The position numbers and the translations under genes were made by a program. From assembly GCA_964016885.1 (NCBI GenBank), contig OZ024748.1:60016001-60080000 (forward strand): a stretch of 64,000 bases of DNA, in the 5' to 3' direction. A model generated the notes under the pieces. That model had not been told where the DNA came from. It saw only the letters and a list, made by a program, of their open reading frames with translations, and did no database searches. Source of the stretch: Eledone cirrhosa. Lineage: Eukaryota. The first letter of the stretch is position 1. Each line of letters starts with the position of its first letter. Shown here piece by piece: positions 43,148-58,111 of the stretch.

Positions 43148-43564
43148 GTATATGTATATGTATATATGTATATGTATGTTTATAAGCTAAATGTTTGAGC
43201 ACTTTACAATGGCAGTAACCAGAAGCAAGTAATCGTACAATAATTTAACGTCGTATCAAAGTTTCAAATCACTTTTGACAGGCTTGTCATTGAATTTAGA
43301 CCAAGATCTCTCATCACTAGTAATGGATCATCGATGATATGTCACATTCCAATGCACTTCATTCCTCATTATTTAATCATAACCACCGCCTTCTGCACAT
43401 CTAATTTAGTTACTAAACGTCGCAATATTACTATAACTACGATGATCTCATGATAACGATAATTATTTCACAATTTTACTGGAACGTCATCTTAGATTAT
43501 TTACCATTTTATACAGATCATATGAATTATTAACTCCTTGGATATTCGCATATTAAGGGCTTTT

Positions 43565-43800
43565 AAAATATCTAAGATTTGTTAGAGCTCAGATTTCTAA
43601 TTTAATTCCTAAAATTAGCATCAATGTCCACCCGTGTCTTAAGATCAATTCCTAGGGTATATTTAACAAGTCTGAGCATCATTCGGATTAACACTTTTCG
43701 GTAACTGGATAATAAATAAATGGTTAAAGATTCCATTAGCTTCAATTGATTTTCCTCGGCATGGTTTATTTCCGGAATTTGGAGAAGGTCCAATAGAATG
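43565..43800 (-). pseudogene. Decayed kringle-like segment (single frame, many stops)
   Basis: HSIGPSPNSGNKPCRG...NDAQTC*IYPRN*S*DTGGH*C*F*ELN*KSEL*QI (cf. YxG...SGxPCxxW...DAxNYCRNP...GGPWCY...ExCxI). Confidence 0.45.
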
Positions 43801-44920
43801 CTGCCGCCAGAAATAAGAAAACAATTCTCTCATTAAGAGATACTGGAACTTTAGAATGTGTTTAATGTTTCAACATAAACATCTACTAAATATTTCTTGG
43901 TTGAGCGGTCGGTCATTGACGTGGCAACGTTAGTCTAAAAATTCACCTTAGTTGGATGAAATCATTGAAAGGAATGAACAACAAAAAAATAAGAAACAAT
44001 GCATGTCGACAAGAGCGGATCGGTTGAATTCAACAAAGAGCCAACATCTATAGTCAAAAGCCTGAATGGAAAGGAGATCCCACCAGATTGGGAATTTAGA
44101 GACATTCTTCACTCTCCTGGAAACGCACATCTATCTATCTCGTTCAAGACGTGATAGCCTCTTACCTTTGTTTAGACTCAATACGGAGGGAAGACTCTTT
44201 ATAAGTGGGAGGACTACCCAATATGATTTAAATCACTCAATCCTACCAGGATTATCATTATCCCATCTTAACTAACAAGCATTTCTCATACAGAGATAAA
44301 CTGTTATTAAATGTACTGACTTTCGGTGAGTGATGCAGTTCCCGCATAGTCGGAAACCACAGAGAGGTGCAATTTAATACTTTAACTTAATTCACCTCAC
44401 ATATGCATCTTCACATTCTCAATTTCATTTTTCCTACACAAAAATCATCTAACTCACTAGCCAAAACAACGGTTCTGATATTACAACTAAAATTTACTAT
44501 TTCAATTACCGTTATCAGCTATCTTAACAGTTTACGCCTTAGTGCGCCACCTAGAGCTAGTCAATGATGTATTAAATTTAAATAGCAATGTGTTGCTGAA
44601 ATTGAATATTTTAGAAGCAGATTTAATTTCTTCGATGCGATACACATTATTTAAATCAACGCATGGATTCCTCACTGTTGGCTGTAAAACCGTAAGAATA
44701 ATCAATTATAATTTGATTTGATTTACCAAAAAAAAAAACAATAAACCCCAAACACTTTTTAACCATGTCTGTATAATTTTACTTCGTCTTCACTAGGTTA
44801 TAAATTTACCATATTTAAACATTGATTTCTTGAAGATTCTTTTATTAATTTACTGGTTTCAAGAAGCAGGTCCCCAGTATTGCACTTGACCAATATCTTA
44901 GCAAACGTCGAAATGATAGA

Positions 44921-45587
44921 AGGTAACTTAGACCAAGGTAACGCAGACAAAGGTAACTTAGACCAAAAAACTTAGACCAAGGTAACGTAGACCTAGGTAA
45001 CGTAGACCAAGATAACGTAGACCAAGGTAACTTAGACCAAGTAACGTAGACCAAGGTAACTTAGACCAAGGTAACGTAGATCAAAGTAACGTAGACCAAG
45101 GTAACTTAGCCCAAGGTAACTTAGATCAAGGAAATGTAGACCAAGGTAACGTCGACCAAGGTAACCTAGACCAAGGCAACGTAGACCAAGGTAACTTAGA
45201 CCAATGAACGTAGACCAAGGTAACGTAGACCAAGGTAACGTAGACCAAGGTAACTTAGTCCAAGGAACGTAGACCAAGGTAACGTAGACCAATGCAACTT
45301 AAACCAAGGTAGCGTAGAGCAAGTTAACATAGACCAAGGTAACTTAGACCAAGGAACGTAGACCAAGGAACATAGACGAAGGTAACTTAGACCAAGGTAA
45401 GGTAGACCAAGGTAACTTAGACGAAGGTAACTTACACCCAAGTAACTTAGACCATGGTAACTTAGATCAATAACGTATACCAAGGTAACGTAGACCAAGC
45501 TAATTTATACCAAGGCAACTTAGACAAAGGTAACTTAGAACAAGGTAACTTAGACCAAGCGACGTAAACCAAGGTAACTTAGACCAT
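44921..45587. repeat. 15-bp minisatellite GGTAAC(G/T)TAGACCAA, roughly 44 units
   Basis: Directly visible. Confidence 0.95.
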
Positions 45588-45644
45588 ATATATACACCTT
45601 ACAACACACATAATATATGTATGTATCTATCTATATATATATGT

Positions 45645-46197
<553 letters not shown>

Positions 46198-46639
46198 ATA
46201 TATATATACCGTATATATAGTGGGGAAGGTGTATGTAAGTATTCCTTCGTCTTGTCTGCGAGCCGAAGTAATTCTATAAACACTTTTTACTCTCTAAAAT
46301 CGTCGGTAGATCTTCGATAATATAATATCGATCTCCTCTCAATCTGTAGCTGATTACACACATTTCACAGCATTACTCCACTCTAGCTAAAATTGGCAAG
46401 AATTACATAAAAAACACACGCATACAAAAAATATAAACGAAAACTACACAAAACATAACCAACAACATAATTCTTTCCTCACGTTTGATCATGTGGTATT
46501 AAACGTAGAATTTTTCACCAGTGTTAACATATCACGGCGTGAAACATCACTTTAAAAATGACCATGGGATTTCACCTTTAAATAGCGTGACTATAAACAA
46601 ACGTATTGCGTTATCCATCGACAAATACACAAAGAATAT

Positions 46640-47214
46640 TAATCTGTGGGTGTACACACACATATGCACGACACACACACCCACACACACATCGGCATAT
46701 ACACACATACATACTTCCATACGGAGACATATATCCGACACACACACATCCACACACACACACACACACACACATGCACAAATACACGTCCGCAGATATA
46801 CAGACACACATCCATACAAACACATCCACACATCCACACACATATTATTCACGAACTCACACACACACAGACACACATCCATACGACTGGACACATCCAC
46901 ACAAACACACACACACACACGCACAAATACACATCCGCACATATAGAGAGACACATCCGTACTAACACACCCACACATCCACACACCCACACACGAAATA
47001 ATCACGCACTCACGCACAGGCACACATCCATAGGATTACACACACACGCACACACCCACACCCACACACACACACATCCACACAAACACACACACGCACA
47101 AATACACATCCGGACGTATAGAGACACACATCCATAGAAAAACATCCACACATCCAGACACGCACACAAAATAATCACACACTCACGCACGGGCACATAT
47201 CCACACACACGCGC

Positions 47215-47215
<1 letters not shown>
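46640..47215. repeat. CA-rich compound tandem repeat
   Basis: CACAAATACAC.TCCG.AC.TATAGAGA.ACAC recurs three times. Confidence 0.7.
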
Positions 47216-47246
<31 letters not shown>

Positions 47247-47624
47247 TAATATATATATATATATATATATACACTTACATTTATGTATATATGATGCGTT
47301 CACGGTTCGGTGATTAGAAATGCCAAAAATATGTATAAAACTCAACATTAGAAAGCTAATAGAGAGCTTTTCGTTTCAGCTAACCATCTGCCCTGTGAGT
47401 GAAATTTAGTTGACTGGAAATGTACAGAAGCCCTTCATATATATATCAGATTAGAAGCGGTAAAATCCGTTAGAACATTACTGACGATAGTAATCGATAA
47501 TTGGGGCGGTAGAGTAGGTAATATGAAAAATTCGTGAGCCCGACTGCTGAGCTCCTGCCGTTTCAACAGCTAGTTCGGATCTAGCTGTTGAAACGAATAT
47601 GTATATACATATATACTTATATAC

Positions 47625-47710
<86 letters not shown>

Positions 47711-47882
47711 GTTCATGAATAAACACATATATCTGTGCATCAACATAACGATATTCAAATATTCTTTCATTTGTTATAGAGGCCAAGCTGCGGCACAACC
47801 TTGAAGAGCTTTTAGTTGATTATGTCTACTTTAGTACTATTCATTATGTCTGTTACATATTTTACCGATATTTGGATATACT

Positions 47883-47971
<89 letters not shown>

Positions 47972-47976
<5 letters not shown>

Positions 47977-48170
47977 GATTCTACAGGGCTAGAACTGTTT
48001 CATTCTTTAGAAATCATCAGGAATCATCAGGAATCAGATTCCCGATGATTTCTAAAGAATGAAACAGTTCTAGTCCTGTAGAATCTCATCGATATTAAAG
48101 CTGTTATACTCTGCTATGTATTGTGTACCTTACTTACTGTGGTTACCTCCGATTCAACCCGGAATAAGGT
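47972..48170. ncRNA. Back-to-back family H2 hammerheads (minus 47977-48025; plus 48036-48086 with U4C core) and element tail
   Basis: GATTC-CTGATGA-TTTC.TAAA.GAAT-GAAA-CAG..CTG-TA-GAATC; tail TGTGGTTACCTCCGATTCAACCCGG shared with 19895 and 42722. Confidence 0.75.
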
Positions 48171-48349
48171 GTATATATAAATATGTATATATAATATTTA
48201 TAAATATTTATATGTAAATGTATAAATATATACATATACACACACACACAGACATATATATATATATATTCATATATCTACTTGAAATATATATTTAGCC
48301 GAAAAACATAACGATAAATTTTCTCTCTTTACTCTCCAGTACCGTAAAG

Positions 48350-48635
48350 ATTCATGAAGACATGTTCTTAGTGAGACGAGGACAAATAAACTTCGTCCAT
48401 ACATGTTTAATGATGTCATTCAAACACTAAAGAAAGTCTGGGAGACGTCTCCGCCATTTTGGTGGACAATGTTTTCTATATTGTCATAATAGCTTTTCTG
48501 TTTGATTCCAACGAATGTTAATTATTCTGAAACTGACTTAAAGAAATGTCATCTTTCCTGAGAAATACCGCCTTTTGAAATTAGAATCTTGCTATATCTT
48601 CTGCTTCTCTCAAGCAAATAACGATACCTCTTTCT
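48350..48635 (-). pseudogene. Decayed kringle-like segment
   Basis: After TTGTTTCAG: ...YSKILISKGGISQER*...DNIENI...NGG.../*CLNDIIKHVWTKFICPR. Confidence 0.35.
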
Positions 48636-48971
48636 GAAACAACGCTGAAACAAATATAATTGGTTGGCTGTTGAAGAAAGCATAAAGTTTTTATATATTT
48701 TAAGTCTTTAAATTAGTTTTCCTCATCGTCGTTGTCGTGTGGTGTTGAAGACAAACAAGTTATCTTCTCCTCTTCTAGAAGTGTGGTAGTTGTTTAGAAA
48801 CGTATATTTGTACGTATGTATGTATGTGTGTACGTATGTATGTAATACATACATATATATGTACGTATGTATCTATGTAATACATACATATGTATGTATG
48901 TATACATGTACATATGATGTATGCTAAGTGTATTTAAACGAACATAAATAGAATTCGCAACACAATATATA

Positions 48972-49031
<60 letters not shown>

Positions 49032-49117
49032 CGTGAACCTAATCAACCTTTATTTGTCTGCCTCTGTTTTGTTCCTGTATAAATTTGAACTATATATATA
49101 TATACTTACATATATAT

Positions 49118-49224
<107 letters not shown>

Positions 49225-49522
49225 TAGTTTTTGATTCTTGAATCTTACAGAAACGTAATTATTTCTTGGCTATAAATATATAAACTCTGTCTATTTTCAC
49301 TTCATCACACGTTTACAATTATGTACAAATAGTGCAACTTTCTTTTTATATTGATAAAATTAAACTTAAATTATACAGGTATTCTTAGCCGTAACCCTGC
49401 TGGAGTCGTACGGTCGGTACTTTGATATAAGTCTTACGTCTTGGGGGCTTTTTAATCTGTTGGAGCTTCTCCTTCTCCAGGTCTGAACACACACTCACAC
49501 ACACACACGCACACACACACAC

Positions 49523-49555
<33 letters not shown>

Positions 49556-49557
<2 letters not shown>

Positions 49558-49943
49558 CGATATTAACAAATGGAAACTATATCTATAAACTATATTTATT
49601 TCATTATACATATTTCAAGGACACCAAGTTAAATTATGGTGTGCTTTCATCAGATAAAATATAATATAGATCAGCTGTATAAATAAATATTGACATACCC
49701 TTAAAAAATGCAACCATTACTGTTGGAAGCTCCCGGATATTATATTTTATCTGATGAAAGCACACCATAATTTAACTTGGTGTCCTTGAAATATGTATAA
49801 TGAAATAAATATGGTTTTATAAATATAGTTTCCATTTGTTAATATCGTATTTTTACTCCAAATATTTGTTGAGTGCTTTATATCAGTTATAAAAATATTT
49901 GCTTGTTGTATCCCAACAATTTAAATAGAACTTTTACATATAC

Positions 49944-49977
<34 letters not shown>

Positions 49978-50305
49978 CCATTAACATTCGATCGACTTTC
50001 ATCAAATTGGATCAAGGAAACATTGTTTCCATTGGTCTTTCCAATTGCTAATACTATCTATTGGTCGCAACTTCAGGTAGAAGGAGCAACATGAAATAAA
50101 GTATCTTGCCCAAGGACATAACACAACATGTAAAAATCACTAATTTGCTCGGATATTGACAAATTGACGAATTTAATGCATAAGTGTAGTATTAAAAGAA
50201 AACACCTATTTGAGAAAATGGAAACAAAATATATATATGTGTGTGTGTGTGTGTATGTGTGTATATATATATATACACATATACATACACACACACACAC
50301 ACACA

Positions 50306-50377
<72 letters not shown>

Positions 50378-51075
50378 GATATATTAACAAATGGAAACTA
50401 TATTTATAAAACCATATTTATTTCATTATACATATTTCAAGGACACCAAGTTAAATTATGGTGTGCTTTTATCAGATAAAATATAATATAGAGCAGTTTT
50501 ATAAATAAATATTGACATACCCTCAAAGAATGCGACCATTTCTGTTGGAAGCTCCCGGATACTGGGGTTATAAATTTATTTTTACTATTATGTAAATTAG
50601 TTTCGGATATGTTTAAATCAGAGTAGATTTAACTAACCCGTTGGGTTATGGAGAAAGAGAGAGAGAGAAGAAAAGAGAGTTAGAAAAAAAAGAGATAGAA
50701 AAAAAAGAGAGATAGAAAAAAGAGAAAAAAAAAAGAGAAAAAAAGAGCAAACTCTAAGGGGAGAATAATTTACATAATAGTATAAATAAATTTATAACCC
50801 CACTATCCGGGAGCTTCCAACAGAAATGGTCGCATTCTTTAAGGGTATGTCAATATTTATTTATAAAACTGCTCTATATTATATTTTATCTGATGAAAGC
50901 ACACCATAATTTAACTTGGTGTCCTTGAAATATGTATAATGAAATAAATATGGTTTTATAAATATAGTTTCCATTTGTTAATATATCGTATTTTTACTCC
51001 AATAATTTGTTGAGTGCTTTATATTAGTTATATAAATATTTGCTTGTTGTATCCCAATAATTTAAATAGAACTTC

Positions 51076-51078
<3 letters not shown>
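49556..51078. mobile_element. Two inverted pairs of a pLTR-like element (family E), four hammerhead copies
   Basis: TATTTTAT-CTGATGA-AAGCACACCA..TGGTGTCCTT-GAAA-TATGTA-TA-ATGAAATA at 49743-49807 and 50882-50946 (+), 49597-49661 (-), and a G8A-mutated copy near 50419-50483 (-). Confidence 0.8.
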
Positions 51079-51152
<74 letters not shown>

Positions 51153-51529
51153 TTATTTATTTATTTATATATTATATATATATATATATATATATTCAAT
51201 ACGTCAAACTAGACAAAGAAAGTGTGAGAAGAATAAAAAAGAAAGTATAAAAAGTCGATAATTACTTGTGTATATACGTTTGAAAATAAGGGTTTACGTG
51301 CGCACGGTGTCTCCAGCGTTCGTGACCTCTCACCAACCAGTAAGGTCAGTATGTATACTTTTCATTCAACCCATATGTTAAATTTGTCTATTTTTTTTCG
51401 ATCTCTTTCTCATCCTCTCCCTATAAGATGTAAAGCGTGATATATGAGATTGCACCGACCAACCAATACATGGGGTATTATATTTTACTTTATTTTATTG
51501 TATTGTGTTACATTATATTGTATAATAAT

Positions 51530-51708
51530 TGTTTCTACGTTTAGCACAAGGCCAGTAATTACCCAGTACATTACTGGTACTTTATTTTATCGACCCCGTA
51601 AAGATGAAAGGCAAAGTTAACCTCGACGGGATTTGAACTCAGACCGTAAAGGGACGTAACTATGCTGGAAAGCATGGCGTCCAACCTTCTACTGATACTG
51701 CCAATTCC
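51530..51708 (-). mobile_element. SINE family A
   Basis: Full-length family match. Confidence 0.85.
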
Positions 51709-51734
51709 ATATAATAAATGTTATATATACAGTG

Positions 51735-51777
<43 letters not shown>

Positions 51778-51928
51778 ATGTATATATATATATATATGTA
51801 TATGTATATGTATATATAAATGTTTATGTATGTATATGTATATATATATGTATATGTATGTATATGATATATATATATATGTATATGTATATATATATAT
51901 GTATATATATATATATGTATATGTATAT

Positions 51929-51978
<50 letters not shown>

Positions 51979-52036
51979 ATATATGTATATATATATGTAT
52001 ATATATATATGTATATATATGTATATATATTTTATG

Positions 52037-52092
<56 letters not shown>

Positions 52093-52123
52093 TACGTATA
52101 TATATATATATATATATATATAC

Positions 52124-52167
<44 letters not shown>

Positions 52168-52416
52168 ATATAAAGTGCTACATTAACGTAGGTTGAATAC
52201 ATTCTAAAAAAACAACAAATATCAAATCTTTAGATCAGAATCCTTTTCATTTACACACACATTCACACAGACCCACACACGTACACATACACACACACAC
52301 ACACACAGAGCAATATACATACTGGCACATACAGCAACATACACACACAGATATACATACATGTTTGTACGTATATATATATATATATAATATATATATA
52401 TATAATATATATAATA

Positions 52417-52470
<54 letters not shown>

Positions 52471-52483
52471 GACACACACAGAC

Positions 52484-52538
<55 letters not shown>

Positions 52539-52557
52539 CACATATATATATATATAT

Positions 52558-52652
<95 letters not shown>

Positions 52653-52725
52653 CTACAAACGTATTTATATGTGTATATATGTCTATATATGTGTATGTAT
52701 ATATGATGCAACTTAAGAAAGAATT

Positions 52726-52934
52726 ACATCATATATCTACCATTCACGATTCTGTGCCATTGTTCCTCTGTACTGGATCATAGCAGTATAATCCAGTAAT
52801 GTTGTCACGACACACAGACTCTCAGATTATTGATCAATGAAATCAGGAGAAAATAATAGCAGAATATATTCTGGTTCTATGTCAACCATTCACCATGAAA
52901 CATCTGTATCTTTATCTCACTGCTGACATTCTTG
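52726..52934 (-). pseudogene. Decayed kringle-like segment (best preserved)
   Basis: QECQQ*D...FSPD...ESLC/RDNITGLYCYDPVQRNNGTES*MVDI* (cf. ECQxWD...FPD...NxCRD...WCYxxDP...CxVxxC). Confidence 0.5.
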
Positions 52935-53409
52935 ATTCTCTCGCTTCTTTAGTTGTTATTGTTGTTGTTGTTGTTATTGTTATTGTCGATATGTTTTTAT
53001 TTTTGCTATAGTTGTTGCTGTTGATCCTGTCGTTCTTGCTTTTGTTGGTGGTGTTGTTATAGTTGTAGTTGCTGTTGGTGGTCACGGTGGTGTTTCTGTT
53101 GGTGGTAGGGTGTTAGTGGGGTTGTTGTTGTTGATGTTGACGATTTTGGTTTTATTTTTGTTATAGTTGTTTTTGTTGTTGATCCTGTCGTTCTTGTTTT
53201 TGTTGTTGGTGTTGTAATCGTTGTAGTTGTTGTTGTTCTTTGTGGTGGTGGTGGAAGTGTTAGTGTTGTTGCTGTTGTTGGTGGCGGTGTTAGTGTTGTT
53301 GTTGTTGTTACTGTCGATTATGTTTTTATTTTTGTTATAGTTGTCGTTGTTGATCCTGTCGTTCTTGATTTTGTTGTTATATTGTTGTTATATGGTTGTT
53401 ATATTTGTA

Positions 53410-55005
53410 GTTGTTTGTGGTAGAGGTGGTAGCGTTGTTTGTGGTAGAGGTGGTAGCGTTGTTTGTGGTAGTCGTGTTAGTGTTGTTTGTGGTAGTGGTG
53501 TTAGTGTTGTTTGTGGTAATGGTGGTAGCGTTGTTTGTGGTAGTGGTGTTAGTGTTGTTTGTGGTAGTGGTGTTAGTGTTGTTTGTGGTAGTGGTGTTAG
53601 TGTTGTTTATGGTAGTGGTGGTAGCGTTGTTTGTGGTGGTGGTATTAGTGTTGTTTGTGGTAATGGTGTTAGTGTTGTTTGTGGTAGTGGTGTTAGTGTT
53701 GTTTGTGGTAGTGGTGGTAGTGTTGTTTGTGGTAGTGGTGTTAGTGTTGTTTGTGGTAGTGGTGTTAGTGTTGTTTGTGGTAGTGGTGTTAGTGTTGTTT
53801 GTGGTAGTGGTGTTAGTGTTGTTTGTGGTAGTGGTGTTAGTGTTGTTTGTGGTAGTGGTGGTAGCGTTGTTTGTGGTAGTGGTGTTAGTGTTGTTTGTGG
53901 TAGTGGTGGTAGCGTTGTTTGTGGTGGTGGTATTAGTGTTGTTTGTGGTAATGGTGTTAATGTTGTTTGTGGTAGTGGTATTAGTGTTGTTTGTGGTAGT
54001 GGTGGTAGTGTTGTTTGTGGTAGTGGTGGTAGTATTGTTTGTGGTAGTGGTGGTAGTATTGTTTGTGGTAGTGGTGTTAGTGTTGTTTGTGGTAGTGGTG
54101 TTAGTGTTGTTTGTGGTAGTGGTGGTAGTGTTGTTTGTGGTTGGGGTATTAGTGTTGTTTGTGGTGGTAGTGTTGTTTGTGATAGTGGTGGTAGTGTTGT
54201 TTGTGGTAGTGGTGGTAGTGTTGTTTGTGGTAGTGGTGGTAGTGTTGTTTGTGGTAGTGGTGGTAGTGTTGTTTGTGGTTGGGGTATTAGTGTTGTTTGT
54301 GGTGGTAGTGTTGTTTGTGATAGTGGTGGTAGTGTTGTTTGTGGTAGTGGTGGTAGTGTTGTTTGTGGTAGTGGTGGTAGTGTTGTTTGTGGTAGTGGTG
54401 GTAGTGTAGTTTGTGGTAGTGGTGGTAGTGTTGTTTGTGGTAGTGGTGGTAGTGTTGTTTGTGGTAGTGGTGGTAGTATTGTTTGTGGTAGTGGTGTTAG
54501 TGTTGTTTGTGGTAGTGGTGTTAGTGTTGTTTGTGGTAGTGGTGGTAGTGTTGTTTGTGGTTGGGGTATTAGTGTTGTTTGTGGTGGTAGTGTTGTTTGT
54601 GATAGTGGTGGTAGTGTTGTTTGTGGTAGTGGCGGTAGTGTTATTTGTGGTAGTGGTGGTAGTGTTGTTTGTGGTAGTGGTGGTAGTGTTGTTTGTGGTA
54701 GTGGTGGTATTGTTGTTTGTGGTAAGTGTATTAGTGTTTTTTGTGGTAGTGGTGTTAGTGATGTTTATGGTAGTGGTGTTAGTGTTGTTTGTGGTAGTGG
54801 TGGTAGTGTTGTTTGTGGTAGTGGTGTTAGTGTTGTTTGTGGTAGTGGTGTTAGTGTTGTTTGTGGTAGTGGTGTTAGTGTTGTTTGTGGTAGTGGTGTT
54901 AGTGTTGTTTGTGGTAGGGGTATTAGTGTTGTTTGTGGTAGTGGTGGTAGTGTTGTTTGTGGTAGTGGTATTAGTGTTGTCTGTGGTAGTGGTGTTAGTG
55001 TTGTT
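53410..55005. repeat. 24-bp minisatellite GTTGTTTGTGGTAGTGGTG(G/T)TAGT (~65 units) within a GT-rich tract at 52950-55700
   Basis: Directly visible; it produces the long low-complexity ORFs in the track. Confidence 0.95.
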
Positions 55006-55446
55006 GTTGTTACTGTCAATTGTATCTGTATTTTTGTTGTTGATGTAGTTATATTTGTAGTAGTTGTTCTCGTATGTGGTGGTGTTGTCGTTGTTAGCCT
55101 TGTTGGTTTGTATTGTTTTGTTGTTGTTTTTAGTGCTGTTGTTGGTGTTGTTGTTGATTATGTTGATCCTTTAGTCGTTATTGCTAGCGTTGTTGTTGAT
55201 GTCTATTATTGTTGTTACTATTGATTATGTTTTTGTTGGTATTGTTGTTGTTCTTCTTGATAAATTTATTTACGTTTTCGTTGTTGTTGTTGTTGCTCTC
55301 GCTTATGTTTTTGTTGTTGCGATTGTTATTATTGTTTATGTTTATGTTGTTGTTTTAGATGGTATTGTTGTTGTTGCTATCCTCAGTTTATACTGTTGTT
55401 TTAGCTCATGCTAAATATGTTAATACTTGTTATTGTTATTGTTATT

Positions 55447-55491
<45 letters not shown>

Positions 55492-55700
55492 GATTATGTT
55501 GTTGTTGCTGTGTCATCAAAGATTTTACTGTTGCTTATGGAATACTATATATGTTACTTCTTTCTGTTGTTGTTATTGTTATTTTAACGCTTGCTTTAGT
55601 TAGTTGTGTAGTTGTTGTTATTGTCGTAGTTGCCTTTGTTACTACTTTTTTGTGATTAATATTGTGGTTATTATTATTGTTATTGTTATTCTTCTTATTG

Positions 55701-55993
55701 TTGTTTGTAAACATACAGCCCGAATTACGCCGTACAATGCTCATTCTTTTCCATTTATCGTTTTCGGAACGCTCGGCCGACTAATTCACTCGATATGCTA
55801 ATTATGCTGATCAGCCGTTAATATGCATAAGGAAAGTATATACTTTCAAATGTTCAATCATCTGACAGAAAGGTATACGATTCTGACGATGGCTAATAAC
55901 TAGTACATCGTTCCTGTTTCAGTATTGAACAAAAGGGCATCGATGGTTGCCGAGCAATGTACGGCGTAATTAGGGCTGTTTGTTTACAAACAA
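55701..55993. mobile_element. MITE-like element with ~42 bp inverted termini
   Basis: TTGTTTGTAAACATACAGCCCGAATTACGCCGTACAATGCTC...GAGCAATGTACGGCGTAATTAGGGCTGTTTGTTTACAAACAA. Confidence 0.6.
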
Positions 55994-56202
55994 ACCGAAC
56001 ATTATAATAAATGTTCGGTAAACCCATACGTACATATATATATGTGTGCATGTATGTATATATATGCATACTACTGTACGCCTGTACACATATATGTATG
56101 TACGTATACATACTTATATATATATTTATATATATATATATGTGTGTGTGTGTGCACGTGTGTCCATCTTTGCTTCTCTTATTTATTGTTTAACTATATA
56201 TG

Positions 56203-56240
<38 letters not shown>

Positions 56241-56338
56241 TATATGTCTGTGTATATATATATATATATAGTTATGTAATAAACAACATAAGGCAATTAT
56301 TCCATTTACCAGTGGTTTCTTAAAAGCAAAAGATTATA

Positions 56339-56430
<92 letters not shown>

Positions 56431-56432
<2 letters not shown>

Positions 56433-56630
56433 GGCGCGTGGACTAGTGGTTAGAGAATTGGATTCGCAATCGTGAAGTTGTAAGTTCGATTCATGGACCA
56501 TGCGAAGCGTTATGTCCTTGAGCAAGACACTTTATTTCACGTTGCTCTTTCTACGATAGATAATATTAGCAATTGGAAAAACGAACGCAGACATTGCTTA
56601 CTCGGTCCGATTTGACGAATGTCGATCGAA
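56431..56630 (+). mobile_element. CORE-type SINE family B
   Basis: GGCGCGTGGACTAGTGGTTAG...AAGTTCGATTC...TGTCCTTGAGCAAGACACTTTATTTCACG. Confidence 0.8.
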
Positions 56631-56642
56631 TGTATATATATA

Positions 56643-56684
<42 letters not shown>

Positions 56685-57454
56685 ATGAGAGAGAAAGAGC
56701 AAGCGAGATTAAGAAATAGAGAGAGAGAAAGTGATTGACCGACAGAGAAAGAGACAAAGAAATGATGAGCTAGAGTAAGGGAGAGGGAGAAAGAGAGGGA
56801 GATTAACTGAAAAAGCCATGGGTTGTGTGGTGAAATAATTAAAGAAGGATTGATGATAGAACATATAAAACAAGAAAAGGATGAACAATCAAAGAAAAAA
56901 AAAAACTCAGAAATTAGAAGATTAGGTGAGAGTAGTAAATTATACTTGGCAGAATTGGAGAAGAAATTGAAGAGAAATTGAAAATGTTTTAATTTATTGA
57001 GGTTAAAAGACAGGTCAATATTTGGTCCATTGGAAGTTTATCAGCCAGTAAGTTAGACTAAAGACGGTAATGGTTTGATCAGTTCTTCATTCCTAAATCT
57101 ATTTTAGGTTCTGGCTTCTTATAATAACATTTAGTTGTGTTTCATGTCTTATGATAATAATAAACTTTCTCAGAAATTCTAATTTTCTTTTATCTCTTAA
57201 GTTCTGATATTCGTTACCAATTTCATTCAATAATGAAAAATAATAAAAGAAAGATATAAAGAAAGAAAAATGGATGAAATCTGTCCTCTTGTGAAGGCGT
57301 GTGGTTCAGGGGTTAGGGAATTGTATTCGCAATTGTGAGGTTGCAAGTTCGATTTCTTATTCCCAATTGAAGGAATAGAATTCAAATTTAAGAATGGAAC
57401 AACGTTCAGAATAAATGAAAAATTCACGTGTAATTCGGAAAACCTAATTCATGT

Positions 57455-57705
57455 GATTACATGTTGTGGATGTTTGCAAAATTACATAGGACAGACTGGA
57501 TTATCATTATGCACCCACCAGCCTCACAAAAGGTCGCAATAGAGAAGAACAAAATGCTACCTGGACAATCATTATGAATAGAAAAGTATTTTCTAGATAA
57601 CCCAAAGAATATTTTAGTGAGTCGATTGAATCCTGATCTTTTGGACCCCACTTTCAGCATCACCACTCCACCTTCTCAAGGAACATATGTACTACATGCC
57701 CACAG
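57455..57705 (-). pseudogene. Decayed kringle-like segment
   Basis: GM*YI.../YCDLL*GWWVHNDNPVCPM*FCKHPQ (cf. NYCR...GPWCYTDNP...WEFCxIP). Confidence 0.4.
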
Positions 57706-58068
57706 AATATGAGGACAAAGATTTTATGATACGATTCACATACAATTTGAAAACTATATTTGACAAAATTTAAATGCATTTAATGTAACAATTATATTCA
57801 TTCTGTGAGATTAAAGGTAAAAATAACGTTACAGCCCTCTGCTTTTTCACTTTTACGTTTTACCAATAACATTTAATTTGCATGAACCCCCTCTCCATTT
57901 TCTGTCAACTATATATATATGTAAAAATGAAAATATAGAAATTATTGTGAGCAAGAAGCCAACAGTATTTCATAATATATAAGTGACTATAACGTCAAAA
58001 TGGAAAATAATTAACGTAAGTATAAACATATATATATATGTATATATATATGTACATATATATATATG

Positions 58069-58111
<43 letters not shown>

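Noticed and set aside
44066-44275. BEL/Pao-like peptide (LFRLNTEGRLFISGR...HSILP)
   Set aside because: Short, weak resemblance with no LTR or other pol motifs.
53341-55224. 627-aa VVCGSGGS and poly-Val ORFs on the + strand
   Set aside because: By-product of a 24-bp GT-rich minisatellite, with a non-ATG start and no domain context.
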